This document shows, piece by piece, positions 1 to 13,329 of a stretch of 64,000 nucleotides of DNA (its first letter is position 1; every line of letters starts with the position of its first letter). The DNA comes from Mytilus edulis (lineage: Eukaryota). Both the position numbers and the translations under genes were made by a program. The stretch lies in contig NC_092352.1 of assembly GCF_963676685.1 (NCBI RefSeq), forward strand, positions 24,924,001 to 24,988,000, in the 5' to 3' direction. The notes beneath the pieces were generated by a model. It saw only the letters and a program-made list of their open reading frames with translations. It did not search any database and had not been told where the DNA came from.

Positions 1-256
1 GATTAAAAGATTATATCTTCATCATATGAATATCAGGCACAACCCCTCCTGTTTGGGGTTTAGTATTATACCATCATAAAAGATATGAGAAGAACATAAC
101 CCGTGTCATGCCAACAACTGGGTTTTAGAATAAATGTGTTTAATTGAGATGCGAAGATCCTATAAGTGAATCAATATTAAAGCCAAAATATGCAATCTTT
201 AAAGACCTTACAACAGTCTCGTAACTATATTCCTTCTAAATAAGTCTATTTAAAAT
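1..256 (-). mobile_element. 3' end fragment of a Naiad-type Penelope-like element (RT C-terminus plus 3' UTR with SECIS-like hairpin at ~12-98)
   Basis: Reverse complement closely matches ~40450-40705: LNRLI*KGYSYETVVRSLKIAYFGFNIDSLIGS.. followed by ATGAT-GGTATAATACT-AAA-CCCC..GGGGTTGTGCC-TGAT. Confidence 0.85.
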
Positions 257-972
257 ACCCTATATAAGTAGACAAGTACTTCAACAGACAATTATTTTCT
301 TAATCATACACTTGTAGAAAATTACTAAAGAAACATTGATTGTCGAAATGCGCATCTTGTGCAGAATAAATGGCACTGTTCATGTTATTGCATCATTTGC
401 TACTTTCTTTTTAAACCGTATAAAACATTAAAGGCTGTTTTTTTTATACACTCTAACGTAAGGGTACCTAAAGTGCACCTATCTGTGAAAAAAGAGCTGG
501 AAATCGTGTTATCTCTAAAGAACGTGCAACGACTGAATTTTCGTCATTTCCGTCTTTTTTAGCGTCTCTGGAAGTAGTCGGGATGGTTTCAGCGTCCACG
601 AAGCGGACAAAATATACACAATACAAAGAGTAAGTCCTTACGAAAATGATGCTGCACTGATACATCCTTCGTGTGACGATTGTAAAAGTACAACTTTTAT
701 TCATTAAATTGCTTTAATGTTAGTCTAAACCTACTCAATTTTAAAGTATGAAATGTTTCGTCACTAAAAAAATCGTCAGTAGATAAACCCTTAAGATATA
801 GAAAAAACACCTTGGCGTGTCCCCAAACCCGTCAGTTCCGCCATTATCGATAACAACACACAGGTGCCCTAGGACGAGAAGCATGAAAAAAGTGGTTTCA
901 ACCGGGAACCATTTTTATACACTGAACACAATTAAAACTACAACAATGAAAATCAATGAATAAATTTGTAAA

Positions 973-1593
973 AGGAGTAGGTCCAGTAAGACCCCTTTTT
1001 GCACCCAAAATATAGCAGTTTTGCAAAATTGTTAAAATGTAAATTTTTAGTTATTTATTGGAAAGTAGAATGCTTCTGCTACATAAATATGCGCTGGTTT
1101 TTTTTTTTTGACAATACAATGCACATATATCGGGTACTAGCATCATTAAGTCATGCTAAATTACTGAAATCTTCACAATTTTTACATTTAGTTGGTTTCG
1201 GTCTTGAATGAAAGTGGCCGCATTTGTGATGATAGTACATAACATATTTATAGGTTGAGGGTGAACACGGAAAAGTGACATTTTTGGGATTTAAAAAAAA
1301 ATCATATTTAAGCTTTAATCGGAGCGTATTTAATGAGTAAATCAGTTAAAATCTTTCCCATAAACTAATTGAATCAACTGAAATAGACACTCACGTGTGG
1401 GGTTCGTGTTGTTTATTCTTTAGTTTTCTATGTTGTGTCATGTGTACTATTGTTTTTCATTTTTAGCCATGGCGTTGTCAGTTTGTTTTAGATTTATGAG
1501 TTTGACTGTCCCTCTTTTAAAAAGCGTCCAAAATCTTTCGGCAGATGAGCCTAAAATTTGAGGCCAAAATCAGCCCTTACCGGACCTTCTCCT
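973..1593. mobile_element. Non-autonomous TIR element (MITE, Kolobok-like AGG...CCT ends)
   Basis: Inverted termini AGGAGTAGGTCCAGTAAG / CTTACCGGACCTTCTCCT followed by TTAA; contains an inserted dispersed-repeat fragment at ~1397-1517. Confidence 0.6.
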
Positions 1594-2189
1594 TTAAAAG
1601 AAACTGTCAGATTTAATTTGTATTCCTATTAAACTTTGTTTTTGACATGATACATAGAATCAGAAATAACATACCAAAAAAAAAAATGAAATATAAACTT
1701 TTAAAGAAAAAATCCCTTGGGAAATTCCCTGCAAGTAAGCTGGGAATAATGAACTTTAATTCCAGAAAATAGTAAGAAAATAAATTTCACTTATAGTTGG
1801 AAAAATAAATATTAAATAGCAATCAAACATGAGCTATGCGGATTAGTTTGCTTAAATATTATATGAAAAAATAGTCCATAAAAAGCCCTACAGCATCAAG
1901 AAAATTACAAATAAATAAATGCAATAGAATGCATATATAATTTAAATCAATTTGCCTTTTTTCTGACAACCTACTATAATTTATGGTCTGTTTGTCTCTT
2001 TAAAAAGTTTCCATATTTGTTTGGTGTTTTTAATTTAACAAATATGAAATATATTTCTCTTCTACATGTATCTTCAAAATAAAATAGTTGTTCTTAAATA
2101 AAGAATAAAATCTAAGAATACCATGAAATAGCATATACATGTTTTATTTAATTATAAAAAAGAAAATATGCCATTGATTGATTTCAGAA

Positions 2190-2620
2190 AATTACACAGT
2201 ATAGTCCAGAGAGATTGAAAAGGGCGATAAATGCTGTAAAAAATGGAAATTCTTTCTATAAGGCTGCAAAAGAATTTAACATACACACTTCTATTAAAGA
2301 AGAAATTTAAGGAAGGGAAACACCAACTTTCCAACACGAGTCTTGAATAATGAAGAAGAGCAAAGCCTAGTCACATACATAGAATACTGCTATCAGAGAA
2401 ACTTTCCCTTAACAAGGAAAATGATAAATTGTTTGTACGACAAATAATGAAAAAGATGGCAAGAGAGATACCTAACCAAAAAAGGACATCCAATCCAATA
2501 AATTGTATATATGAGCTTTTTAAAAAGACATCAAGACCTGTCAATGAAGAAGCCACACATAATAGATGGAGGGCGCCAGAGAATGGCAAATCTAACTGTA
2601 GTGAATCTTCTTAAAGAAAC
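2190..2620 (+). pseudogene. Degenerate pogo/Tigger (HTH_psq + CENP-B/Tc5 HTH) transposase N-terminus
   Basis: Broken frames read YSPERLKRAINAVKNGNSFYKAAKEFNI and VLNNEEEQSLVTYIEYCYQRNFPLTRKMI, typical of pipsqueak/CENP-B HTHs; stops and frameshifts present. Confidence 0.65.
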
Positions 2621-3654
2621 TTTAAAAAAGCTCTAAAGTCATACACCTAATCAATAATTAATGGTTGCATATACCATATAAAAAGTAATTACTGAGGCCC
2701 TCATGTTGTGGTCTTAGTATTCTCATAATTACAAATGCTTTGGCAATGCAATCACATAATCCCTAATTACTTTTTCAATTTGGTACTGTTGTAACATTTA
2801 TTAAATTAGGAAATGGTGTAACTTTAATTTTTTTACATGATTTCATTTGTATTTTGGGAATATATATTTTTCTTTTTATCTTCTGCCAATGCTTATATGT
2901 ATATATAGCAATTATGGTATACATTTTGTATGATTACATGTTTAAAAGAAAGTAACTAATAAAAAGAGCCAAACTATAATTAGGTCACTTTAACCTACAT
3001 AATACACATTCAAGATTGTTTCTATTAAAACTTTAACTTTGTGCATCTTTAGGTATCTTTGACAAACTTGAGGACAATTCATTTTCAACATGGTCGAAAC
3101 AGGATTTTGGAAATCCACTGTGTTAGACAAAGTTTGCACACCAAAATCATCACAATCTTATACAAAAATGGTCACAACAGCTGTTGTATGTCATTGTGTT
3201 ACTATGGTCCCAATTAAAACAAAAAATCAGTATCAGCCTCTTTTTTAAGACGTTTTCTTTTTTCAATATCCTGTAACGTCTTTCAGATTTCCATGGATGA
3301 ACACTTTTTAAGAAAGTGACCATGACAATATTTTATGTGATGTCAATAATTTTTACTAACAATGTTACCAAATACACAATCCCCCTTTGCAATTTTTTTT
3401 TCTTCCCCCATTGGAAAATAAAATAAAAATAGTTGAAGTCTAATGTGTGTTTCTTACTTCATAGTAAAATAAATAAATTTACTTGTAAACAATCTTTAAA
3501 AAAAATTAATCATAGTATTAATCTTCCTTTTCAAATCAGACTTTTTTTTTAAATTTCATACTACCGTTACGATAGTTTAAATATTCATGCGATGAAGAAA
3601 TCAACAGTATAAAATATTATTTCTCCATCTGTTATATCCAAAATAACACTTTAC

Positions 3655-4036
3655 CTAAATTTTCTTGGTTAAGCTCCCCTTCTATATTGGAAATAGAGGT
3701 GTAATACTTCAAAATCAAGAAAACGACAGCACCGGAAATCAAGCTTCCAATGAAAAGTCCAACTAAAACTCCAATAACCATTCTTTTGTTACGACGAATC
3801 AAACGCGTATGTTGTACATCCCCATTATTATCATTAGCATGTTTGGTGTTCATAACATCATTTTCATAATGATGCTCCTTGTTTGCAAGTGAAATTCTGC
3901 TCATGACTTGGTCAAGATCTTCATAATGATTATTCAGACCATCTCCATTTGTGTTTGTAATATGGCAATGTTGCGTTCCTTTCTTGTGTTTTCCTTGATC
4001 ATATGGTTCACCGTAAATAAAAGTATTAGCAGCCAT
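3655..4036 (-). CDS. Probable first coding exon of a host single-pass (type II) membrane protein
   Basis: ATG-initiated ORF with Tyr motifs (HYEDL, HYEND), a basic RRNKR patch, then hydrophobic MVIGVLVGLFIGSLISGAVVFLIL; splice donor TTAG|GTAAAG at 3655/3654; downstream exons not identified. Confidence 0.5.
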
Positions 4037-6423
4037 CGTTTATTAACGTGACAAGAACTAATGCTAAAAAATGGGAGTGATATCTGAATGTTTTAATATC
4101 TACTATTGTTGATTACAAACTTGAAATAAATAAACAATGTAGATATATTTAGAAACTCTTAACTTTAGACTATGGTGTGAGATCATTCGAATTTGAACTT
4201 TTCATTGTATTTAATTTGGGTTTTCCCGACTGAAACAATTAACTAAAAGCAGTTCTACAGGAAATGCATTTGTGTGTGCTGAACAACAAGACTTGCTTAA
4301 TTGAGGAAATATAAAGTCGGTCACTTTTAATTTTTGGTAACAAAAAAGAAAATAATAAGATGAAACTTTGAATTGAAATGGTGTTTCTCGGATACTCGAG
4401 CTGCTTGGATATTCACCACAAAAACATGTTTTGCTGATTGCAGAATGAATGTAAAAAAAAACCTGAACATCAAGATATATACAAGGAGGGATAAATTAAT
4501 AAAACTGACAAAATTAAAAGTTCGACTATATCAACCTAAGGCACGACTGAAAAAAATCTGTCATATTCCTATCTATGATCATGCATTTCCAAAGAAAACT
4601 TTGCGTCAATTTTACCTCGTTTCATAGCTAGCTTAACCTCTAACTAGATTGCTTATTGTATATAGTTCTGTTACATAATAACAAAATGTGATCAACCAAA
4701 AACAGGACACAAAAGCTTAATGTAACAATAACTCTCATACGATTTACATATCTACAAATACTTGAATTGGATTGGTCCGTTTGCATTTTTTCCTTGATAC
4801 CGAAACTATTTTCTTAATTATCATTATGATCTTTGCATGGGCGATGCAGATCCAATGGATTATGACAAAGGGTTTATGCAAATTGAAATGGAAAAACAAA
4901 TCCATAGTATTTCTATTCTAATGAATAATAAAAAGAAAAAATACATTAAAGCTTGGAAAATGTATCAATTTATAACAAAATGAAATTCCGCGAAATTTCT
5001 TGAATAAGCTTGTCACGTGAAAGCTTGAGACATACGAATGAAAACTCTAAAGAATAAGATTATTCTGTTTCTTTTCGATTCAAATTTTACGGGTCTTGCT
5101 AAACGTTGGAAACGGAAAACGGAACGGAATACGGAAGAACGTCTTCACATAACGAAATCGTTATCTAAATTACATATGATCACAAATATCGCAATCTAAT
5201 TTAAATTCAATCTCCGCATTCGCTCATTGTTTATGCTTGGTCGCTGCGAGAGATTTATTTAATAAGATTGCAAATATCGTCACTAAATAGCGACGTCGAA
5301 TATACTGTTACGTAATTACCGCACTAAGATATTTACCAATTATAAAAATGTCTTTTATAAAACAAAAAATTACAACATTGTTTGGGGCCTCAAAAATAGT
5401 TTACGGTTCATATTTCAGGAGGGACTAGTTTAACAATCGGCCGTGTAGTAATATTAAAGTCCATTTGATATACGAATCTTTGCAACACGAACAGGTCCAT
5501 CTAGTCCTGTAATCACATCTTCAGAAACAACGTATTTCCTCAATGTTCTTTCCTGTCACACGATGATACTCTCTCATTCCGGTATGGTATTCAATTCTCC
5601 ACAGTTTACAAAAATGTTCGTTTTCATTGTAGTTTATTAGCTTCTGATGATGATATCATATTGTCCACTGTGTTTATAACAGTCTCTATCGATATTCTCC
5701 TCCCTTGTTATAAATGTGAGGCTGTCAATTGCTCTAGATATCAGATATTCCGCGAAATGTACGTTATTGAGCAATAATTAAAAACGCTTTCAATTTCCGT
5801 AAGATCTGTAAGATCTGTTCGTAACACATCTGCATTAACGGTGGGTGGTATGTAGTGAATACGGCTAGTATAGCTTTCCGATGACTTAATCTTTGGACTA
5901 AAATTAACACAGAAATATTTCAAGTTACCCACCTGAAAATGTAAATGTAGCTGACCGAGCCCCTGTTCATCCTACTTCTGTACCTTACCTTATTTTCCTG
6001 TTCCGTCTATAAATGTCCCACTCTCACACCGGCCGCAGATCTCCAACCTCAAAACTTAAGCGTGTACATGTGTTACAAAAAAAATCAACGATCAATGATT
6101 AGAGAATGTCACAGTGTGTGACTTAAAGGACAAGCCATACATTTTTGTCTCATACTGGACAGTGTTCTGTTACTTTATTTTACTGTTGAAATTAGTCGAT
6201 ATATTGTTATAAATAAAAAATTCAGTTTGAGCGATGTATTATTGTTGTTCATGTAAATTATTTTCGGCGTACCATTGTGTGATTTAATTTATATTACTAC
6301 GAGGGGCCATAAACAGGTGAAAAAAAACCAACTTATGCATTTTAAATGGAAAATAAATGCAATAAATGTAAGTTTCTTTTGTCTTTGAAAACATACAAAT
6401 GTACAAAGTTATTTACAGGATAA

Positions 6424-6532
6424 AGACAATAACTGTTTAGCGTCTTTAAACATCATTAATCACCAATTAGACCTGTTTCTTAGCCTCGTACACATATTGA
6501 TGATATTTAAAGACACTAAACAGTTATTGTCT
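6424..6532. repeat. Palindromic mini-element with ~30-bp arms
   Basis: AGACAATAACTGTTTAGCGTCTTTAAACATCAT ... ATGATATTTAAAGACACTAAACAGTTATTGTCT. Confidence 0.75.
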
Positions 6533-7595
6533 ATATATTAGACCGCACATTGTTAAATAGTGCTGTGAGGGTTAGTGTTGAAAAGTAAACTGTCCTGTAC
6601 AGCTTCTCCCTGTCAGATTCCTGGATAACTCGATAGCGTTCAACGTTTCCTTATCCAAATCGTTTTAGTTCGGCGTTGCAACATCATGTTTGGATATCTA
6701 AATGCTGCATCTCTAATAATGTTTAGGTCCTTATTGTTTGAAGGTTCTTTAAGATGGCATTTCAACCCAGGTGTTTAATTGATTCAAAGAAAGAGGTTTC
6801 ATTCATGGAATCATCTGTTTCTCTAGCATCAAGATGACATGTAATAACGCTTCGCCAAAACGTTGTATGTAATATTATAATAGGTTAGCTTCGTGATTTT
6901 TACTTGCTAGATATTCCCTAAACAGTTTTGTACACCCCTGAGTAAATGTTCCGATTTTTATCGTTAATGTCTTGACGTGTTGACGTCCAGAATCTCTCAA
7001 TTATGTTGCAGACGAAAATATATACTGATCAACAGGGAACAACTCCCAAATAATAATATTGTGAGAGACATATCGATGAGGTATTGCGTTTACAATACCG
7101 TTCTAAACTTTTCAAGCGGTATATCAATCAACTCACCTCGCCGCCATCGGGGGTCACCACGTGACGGCATTAAAACCAATCATAATGTAACTATTTATTC
7201 GAGGTGCGATATAGTCAGTTTAAGTGTCATTCCTACTGAAATACTAGGTTTCTAAGAAATAGTTCTCGACTCGACAATGTCCAGTCATCCATATAAAACG
7301 GAAATAAAGCAAAATAAACCTGAAAATATTACTAGTATGCATGATATGAGGACCATATTTGTAAAAGCTCCTTTAGAATTAATGCCTGCTAGCATGCGTC
7401 ATTAACACGATTTATTACCGATTTCTCATTTCACTGAGCTATATCTCCTGATGAGTTTATTTCCTAGGGTCAATAGGTTTCATAGACTATACCACTAAGT
7501 TGGTGGAAATTTTCCCCTTTAAAGAGCAAACTGGTGCTGTTTATTGGAAGTCAAGAGCAAAACAGACTACCTACAAGAGGTTTGACATACAGTAG

Positions 7596-7620
7596 AGAGG
7601 TTGAGATTGGAAACTTTTAC
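7596..7620 (+). repeat. Left TIR of a Harbinger-like element (inverted match at ~32123-32147)
   Basis: AGAGGTTGAGATTGGAAACTTTTAC vs reverse complement AGAGGTTGAGATTGAAAACTTGTAC; lies ~250 bp upstream of the transposase relic. Confidence 0.55.
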
Positions 7621-7841
7621 TTGTACGGGTACTTGTAGCCACACATTTTACACGTACACCAAGAAACGTCTAGATTTTTAGTTGAGATTTTGCTGTCGCA
7701 CGTGCACTTGTACGTGTACCTAGATGTACACGGAAGAAATTTCTAGTGCTTGCTTGAATATTTTTTACGTGTACGGATTCTTGTATGACTGAATTGCGGT
7801 TTTGAAAACAACAATTTTATTGGCTGGCTAATTCGCGCAAT

Positions 7842-9478
7842 ATGTTTTATGCCGAGATTCTCTTGTTGTCTGCTATTGAAGATGACGACGAGTTGGTCCT
7901 TACTTCAACTGAAATGAACCAGTCTCACGGCAATGTATACGGTGGAAAAAATAATTTTGAGGTTCTCACTAAAGAACAATGCAGGTTTATGTTTTGATTT
8001 GAGAAACAGGACATAGATAGACTGCGTGTTTCTTTGGGAATCCCACCAAAAGGTGTATGTTAGAATGGAACAGTGGCAAAGAAGGGCTTTGTATTGTTTT
8101 GAGAAGACTTTTCATATCCTAATAGACTTGAAGATATATTTTTCAAAGGCCGTTGTATGAATTATCTTACATTCTTTACAAGACGCAAGACATACTTTAT
8201 GAGAATACCAGTCAAAAACTAACTTCACTTGATCAAGATTGGCTGTCTGAAGAGTACCTTCGTACATTTGCAGAGGTCATTTTTTTTTGGGGGGGGGGGG
8301 GTTAGAATGCAGGAGACATGACTCGGGTATGTTGCGGAGAGCGGTCTCATGAATCAGCTGATTGGCACAATGAACAGGGTAGATGGAATGCCATATTCCC
8401 TTTATGGTGACCCAGCGTATCCTCTGAGGCCCCATTTTATTGCACAATACAGAGGGGCAGTATTTACTGCCGAAGAACAAGACGAAGTTTCGTCCCCGAG
8501 GGTATCACCAGCCCAGTAGTCAACACTTCGGTGTTGACATGAATATCAATAATGTGGTCATGTTTATAAATATACTGTTTGCATATCTTTGAATTTTCCG
8601 AAAAACTAAGGAATTTCTTATCCCAGACATAGATTACCTTAGCCGTATTTGGCACAACTTTTTGGAATTAAAAGCATTGCATATCTTTGAATTTTCCGAA
8701 AAACTAAGGAATTTCTTATCCCAGACATAGATTACCTTAGCCGTATTTGGCACAACTTTTTGGAATTGTGGATCTTCAATGCTTTTCAACTTTGTACTTG
8801 TTTGGCTTTAGAAATATTTTTATATGAGCGTCACTGATCGAGTCTTATGTAGACGAAACGCGCGTCTGGCGTACTAAATTATAATCCTGGTGCCTGTGAT
8901 AACTATTTAAACCACTGGGTCGATGTTTCATCCCCGAGGGTATCATTAGCCCAGTAGTCAACACGTCAGTGTTGACATGAATATCAATAATATGGTCATT
9001 TTTATAAATATACTGTTTGCAAAACTTTGAATTTTTCAAAAAACTAAGGATTTTCTTATCCCAGGCATAGATTACCGTAGCAGTATTTGGTACATTTTTT
9101 TTTTAATTTTGTATCCTCAATGCTCTTCAACTTTGTACTTGTTTGGCTTTAGAAATATTTTGATATGAGCGTCACTGATGAGTTTCATGCAGACGAAACG
9201 CGCGTCTAGCTAACTAAATTATAATCCTGGTACCTTTGATAACTAATAATAAACTCATGTCAGCAGTCGTGTTTCTGTTGATATTTGACCAAATGCTTTC
9301 CTTATTTGCATTTCTTGATTTCAAGAAAAATCTCAAGTTGTACTTGCAGCCAATTGGCAAATATTACTTTATAGCAACTATATTCACCAGCTGTCATACT
9401 TGTTTATATGGCAGCGATATAGAAACATTCTTTTGGTTAAATCCACCGACCCTAGAAGAGTACCTCCAAAAGGCATAA
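7842..9478 (+). pseudogene. PIF/Harbinger transposase (DDE_Tnp_4, HARBI1-like) relic interrupted by a retrozyme-type repeat
   Basis: Fragments FEKQDIDRLRVSLGIP, GLCIVLRRL..YPNRLEDIF, LYGDPAYPLRPH and FAFLDFKKNLKLYLQPIGKYYFIATIFTSCHTCLYG..PPTLEEYL; multiple stops and frameshifts. Confidence 0.8.
8485..9245 (+). mobile_element. Tandem ~340-nt hammerhead-containing repeat (non-LTR retrozyme / Penelope pLTR type), ~2 units
   Basis: Hammerhead-like motifs at 8828-8872 (core has a C insertion, CTGATCGA) and 9169-9212 (core intact, stem I damaged), 341 nt apart; internal ~100-bp duplication at ~8570-8770. Confidence 0.8.
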
Positions 9479-10169
9479 ATGTATATCGATATTTGCGTTT
9501 TTTCAATGATTATTTACATAAATAGCTTTTGTCTCATTGAAAGTTATTTGTTTTATCTTAAGTAATATAAGTTCAGAATGATATTTCTTATTATGTTGAT
9601 GGTCATCTGGTCCCATTACTCTCAATAATTATTGACTTTTTAGAATTTACTAATTTTTCCAAAAAAAATAGAAAAACTTAAATAAATATCACCCCCTTCC
9701 ACCCTCCGACGAGAATTTAGAAATTGTTGTTTCGTGGTAAAATTATGAGGAGGTTTAAATTCTCACAAGCAAATTAAAACCTTTATGTGCCTTGTTGTTT
9801 CGTGGTCAAATAAGGAGGCGGGTTAAATTCTCACAAGCAAATAAAACCTTTTATGTGCCTATTCCAAGATGTGACTGCCTGCCTTACATGATTGTATATG
9901 TTTTTTTTCTGTTGCAGTTTTTAAATTAAATCAGGCTGTTAGTTTTCTCTTTTGAATTGTTTCATATTTTGTCATGGCTGGGCCTTTGATATATGATATG
10001 TTTTGGGTTTTTTTTATTGTTGAAGGCAGAGTATTACCATATAGTTGTTTGCATCCTCGTCCTCTGGTGGATAATTTTCTCATTGGCAATCCTGCAACTT
10101 ATTATTTTAATAAAAATATTTTAAGCGACTGTGGCCATCTTGGTTTTTTAAAAATAATTATACCAGACG

Positions 10170-10350
10170 TAAACTGATGACTGTCTGTGCTTTAAATATG
10201 CTGCCCAAGTAACTGTGTTCTTTCTTTCACTCTCATAGATGGTATATTAAAGACTTGTCAATACTTTCCTTCACGTTTTTGGCAACAGCTTCTCATTTTC
10301 CTTACCGTGTATGGATTTCAGTCAACACCTCCTCTAGAAGGTTCATCTCA
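10170..10350 (-). pseudogene. Possible Myb/SANT-like partner gene relic of the Harbinger element
   Basis: Minus strand reads EMNLLEEVLTE..*EAVAKNVKE..MRVKERTQLL..FKAQ and converges on the transposase, as expected for Harbinger ORF2. Confidence 0.4.
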
Positions 10351-10605
10351 CCTGTGTTTTCCGAAAAAAAATTGGGTAATGCCATGCCTTTGCTACAATA
10401 AAAACATGTATGCAAAATTAATAATGTTAAGATTTGATTAAAAAAAAATAAACAGGTTCACAACTTGAACTTTTACTACATTTTGACATTTCAGTTTAAA
10501 CTTAGCACATAGTTAACAATCATCAAGACACAATCCTCTGTTTTGTGTAATAATTTATTTTCTTATCCTGAAATTGCCCTATATGTCATGAAATATTATA
10601 TAATA

Positions 10606-11180
10606 TAAAAAAGAAGATGTGGTATGATTGCCAATGAGACAACTGTCCACAAGAGACCAAAATGACACAGACATTAACAACTATAGGTCACCGCACGATC
10701 TTCAACAATGAGCAAAGCCCATACCGCATAGTCAGCTATAAAAGGCCCCGATAAGACAATGTAAAACAATTCAAACGAGTAAACTAACGGCCTTATTTAC
10801 AAAAAAAAATGAACGAAAAACAAACGACAACCACTGAATTACAGGGTCCTGACTTCGGACAGGCACAAACTTAAATAATGTGGCGGGGTTTAACATGTTA
10901 GCGGGATCCCGACCCTCCCCCTAACCTGGGACAGTGGTATAACAGTACAACATAAGAACGAACTATAAAAAGCAGTTGAAAAAAGCTTAACTCATCAGAT
11001 GGACAAAAATACAAGTGGACGTGGCCGGGTACTTGTACTTCCCGACAAACAAAAAGACAGTAGGAACAGATGTGAGAGATCTCGCAGTTATCTGACTGCT
11101 AGCTAGTTCAAAGCCACTAAAAACTAATAAAATAAATCATGCATATAAGACTAAACTATCAATCCGTGCACATCCAATAG
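10606..11180 (-). repeat. Dispersed repeat resembling a Penelope-like 3' end
   Basis: Shares blocks (reverse complement) with 40910-40970 and with the repeat split at 38690-38723/41204-41260; further fragments near 9930-10090 and 29440-29540. Confidence 0.5.
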
Positions 11181-11464
11181 AAAATGGCAAATAATGAAGG
11201 AAAACAACGTCCGGGGAAAGGACTTGGAGAAAAGTGATAAACAGTACAGAAAGGTGTGGATGTAAAGCACAATGTCAATGGTAAAAAAACCAATCAAATG
11301 AAGATGGTTAACAATTTTTTTGCCAATTTATAAGAGCACTGCAACACCCTACAAAAAAGTATCATGTTATGTAGGCACTATTATTAAAATGTTCAGTATA
11401 CTTGAAAAGGTCAATTCCATATATAAAAGCAACCAGTGTTTTAAAGTTTGATAGAAAAAAACAT

Positions 11465-11740
11465 GATTGATTGTTGGTTGCTAAACGTCCAGTGACAAGT
11501 ATTTCATGCATGTTCAGGACGAGAACAAATTTACAATATGTACAATAGGAATGACCTGTAAGTGTAATAGAGGCCGTTCGGGGAAATTTAGACTGCCACT
11601 GTAAAATGAGAAAAAAAATGGATAGGGACAGACATTTTGCCTCGCAACAGATCGACTACGGACCCCTCCAAGAGTTGGTGTAACAACTCTTACGAGCAGA
11701 GAGCGTGGCACTCTCTTTTCACGAGGCATCGGATTAAAAG
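11465..11740 (-). mobile_element. SINE copy (same family as 38132-38575)
   Basis: Reverse complement matches 38295-38575, including AGAGTGCCACGCTCT and the ..ACGTTTAGCAACCAACAATCAATCA tail. Confidence 0.75.
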
Positions 11741-11934
11741 TAAATTGGTTACACGGTTTTCAAAATTTTGTGGTTGTACGTCTTCGAGCACCTGTTTACT
11801 ATTAGAGATTTATGACTGTTGACACCGACTCTGACAGGTAAAATGAAAGGGGGTCATCTGAAAATAGAAAAAAAAAGTACTAAATGATTAATTTTGCAAG
11901 TAACAATATAACAAAATTTTACACAATTATTCAA

Positions 11935-12240
11935 ATAAGGTTTGTCTCCTGTTAACAAATCCTGCACAAGTCTCCACAATCAGTCTGAGTTTTTGTCTTG
12001 GGTGCCTTCACAAAGTACCCATCACTTCACATAATTTTTAAGTTCACCTATGGCATGTTCAATAAGAAATCTATATTCTATAACTCTGTTAAATTTTCTA
12101 TTCTTGCGTTTCTGGAGATCTGGTTTTCTAGTAATTTGTTGTCGCGTAAATGGCCTAGTTACGGGATGCCGATTAGGATTGATTTTATCTCCCAACAGCA
12201 CACATTCTTCTGGAAAATTTAGCGGTGCATTGGCTTATAA
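11935..12240 (-). pseudogene. Second DDE_Tnp_4 (Harbinger/ISL2EU-like) nuclease fragment
   Basis: Minus strand PLNFPEECVLLGDKINPNRHP..PF..RKFNRVIEYRFLIEHAIGELKNY / VMGTL*RHPRQKLRLIVETCAGFVNRR contains the D and E catalytic-motif contexts. Confidence 0.7.
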
Positions 12241-13329
12241 TTTGTCTCATCATCCTATACTGCTGTGCATCATTTTGGTGGCCTAAAAATCCGCTTTCAA
12301 CATAGCAAAAGCTTTCAGTACAAAAACTGCTGACATCTGTGAAACGGTGATGCATGACTGTCAGATTCAGCGGAAGAGTTAGAAGTAGCCCGAGTTGAAG
12401 CAGAAGTAGAAGCGCCTAGCCTAATGTTGACAAAGAACCTGGAAATGAAGCTGAATCTTAACAAACACCAGAGAAACACAAACGAAAGGCCAAATTCGAG
12501 CGTCGATGAACATCATCCGCGAAAACCAGATTGCATATAACAGATTTATTACAAAAATAAATCCAAAAATAATGAACGTTATCGGAGTTTAATAGTTCTT
12601 CTTAAAACGAATCCGATTGATTGTAGATTAAGAAAAAAAATAAAATGTTATTTCCTTCATTTTTTTTAAAATTTATATATATTATAGTTAGAACATTCAC
12701 AAATCTTATTCACTGGTTCTTAGCTCAAAGGTTTCTGTGAGTTATAGTCCTGATCACTTGACATCTGTAGTTTTTTTCCGTCATCTTTTGCGATTGGAAA
12801 ACATAACGGTTGTTAGCTTTACATTTCAACAGGTATCTGTCCACTGCGCAGTAAAACATATGTCAACCATCTGTAACGCAATATTGTGTCTCAGGCCGAA
12901 TCACAGTTTTACCTGTATATAACACGTTCTCATCTAAAATTAGAAATTCTCATATGCCACTTAACTTATTTTTGTGTGAAAAGGCTACAACATTTGTGAT
13001 TATTGATATATTACGCGTTAAAAACTCACTGTATAGCATAAATGATATTTGTTTGTCATCTTTTGGCAAGATTTGTGATCTTTCTTTGTAAATGCGAACC
13101 AAAATTTCATTTTTTTTTATCATAAACCTTTTTCATAGGATGCTAGAATGAACTTTTTTAACACCAAGGAAATAGTTCACGTAAATAAACCCTAAAAAGA
13201 TACTCATTCTGCATTTTTGTTATACTTTTATGTCATTTTTGAAATATATACATTACATAGCATTTACCCATCTTTATTTCAGATGTTTCAATGAAAAGAA
13301 TGCTAAATTAAGTCTTTTTTCTCTTACTT

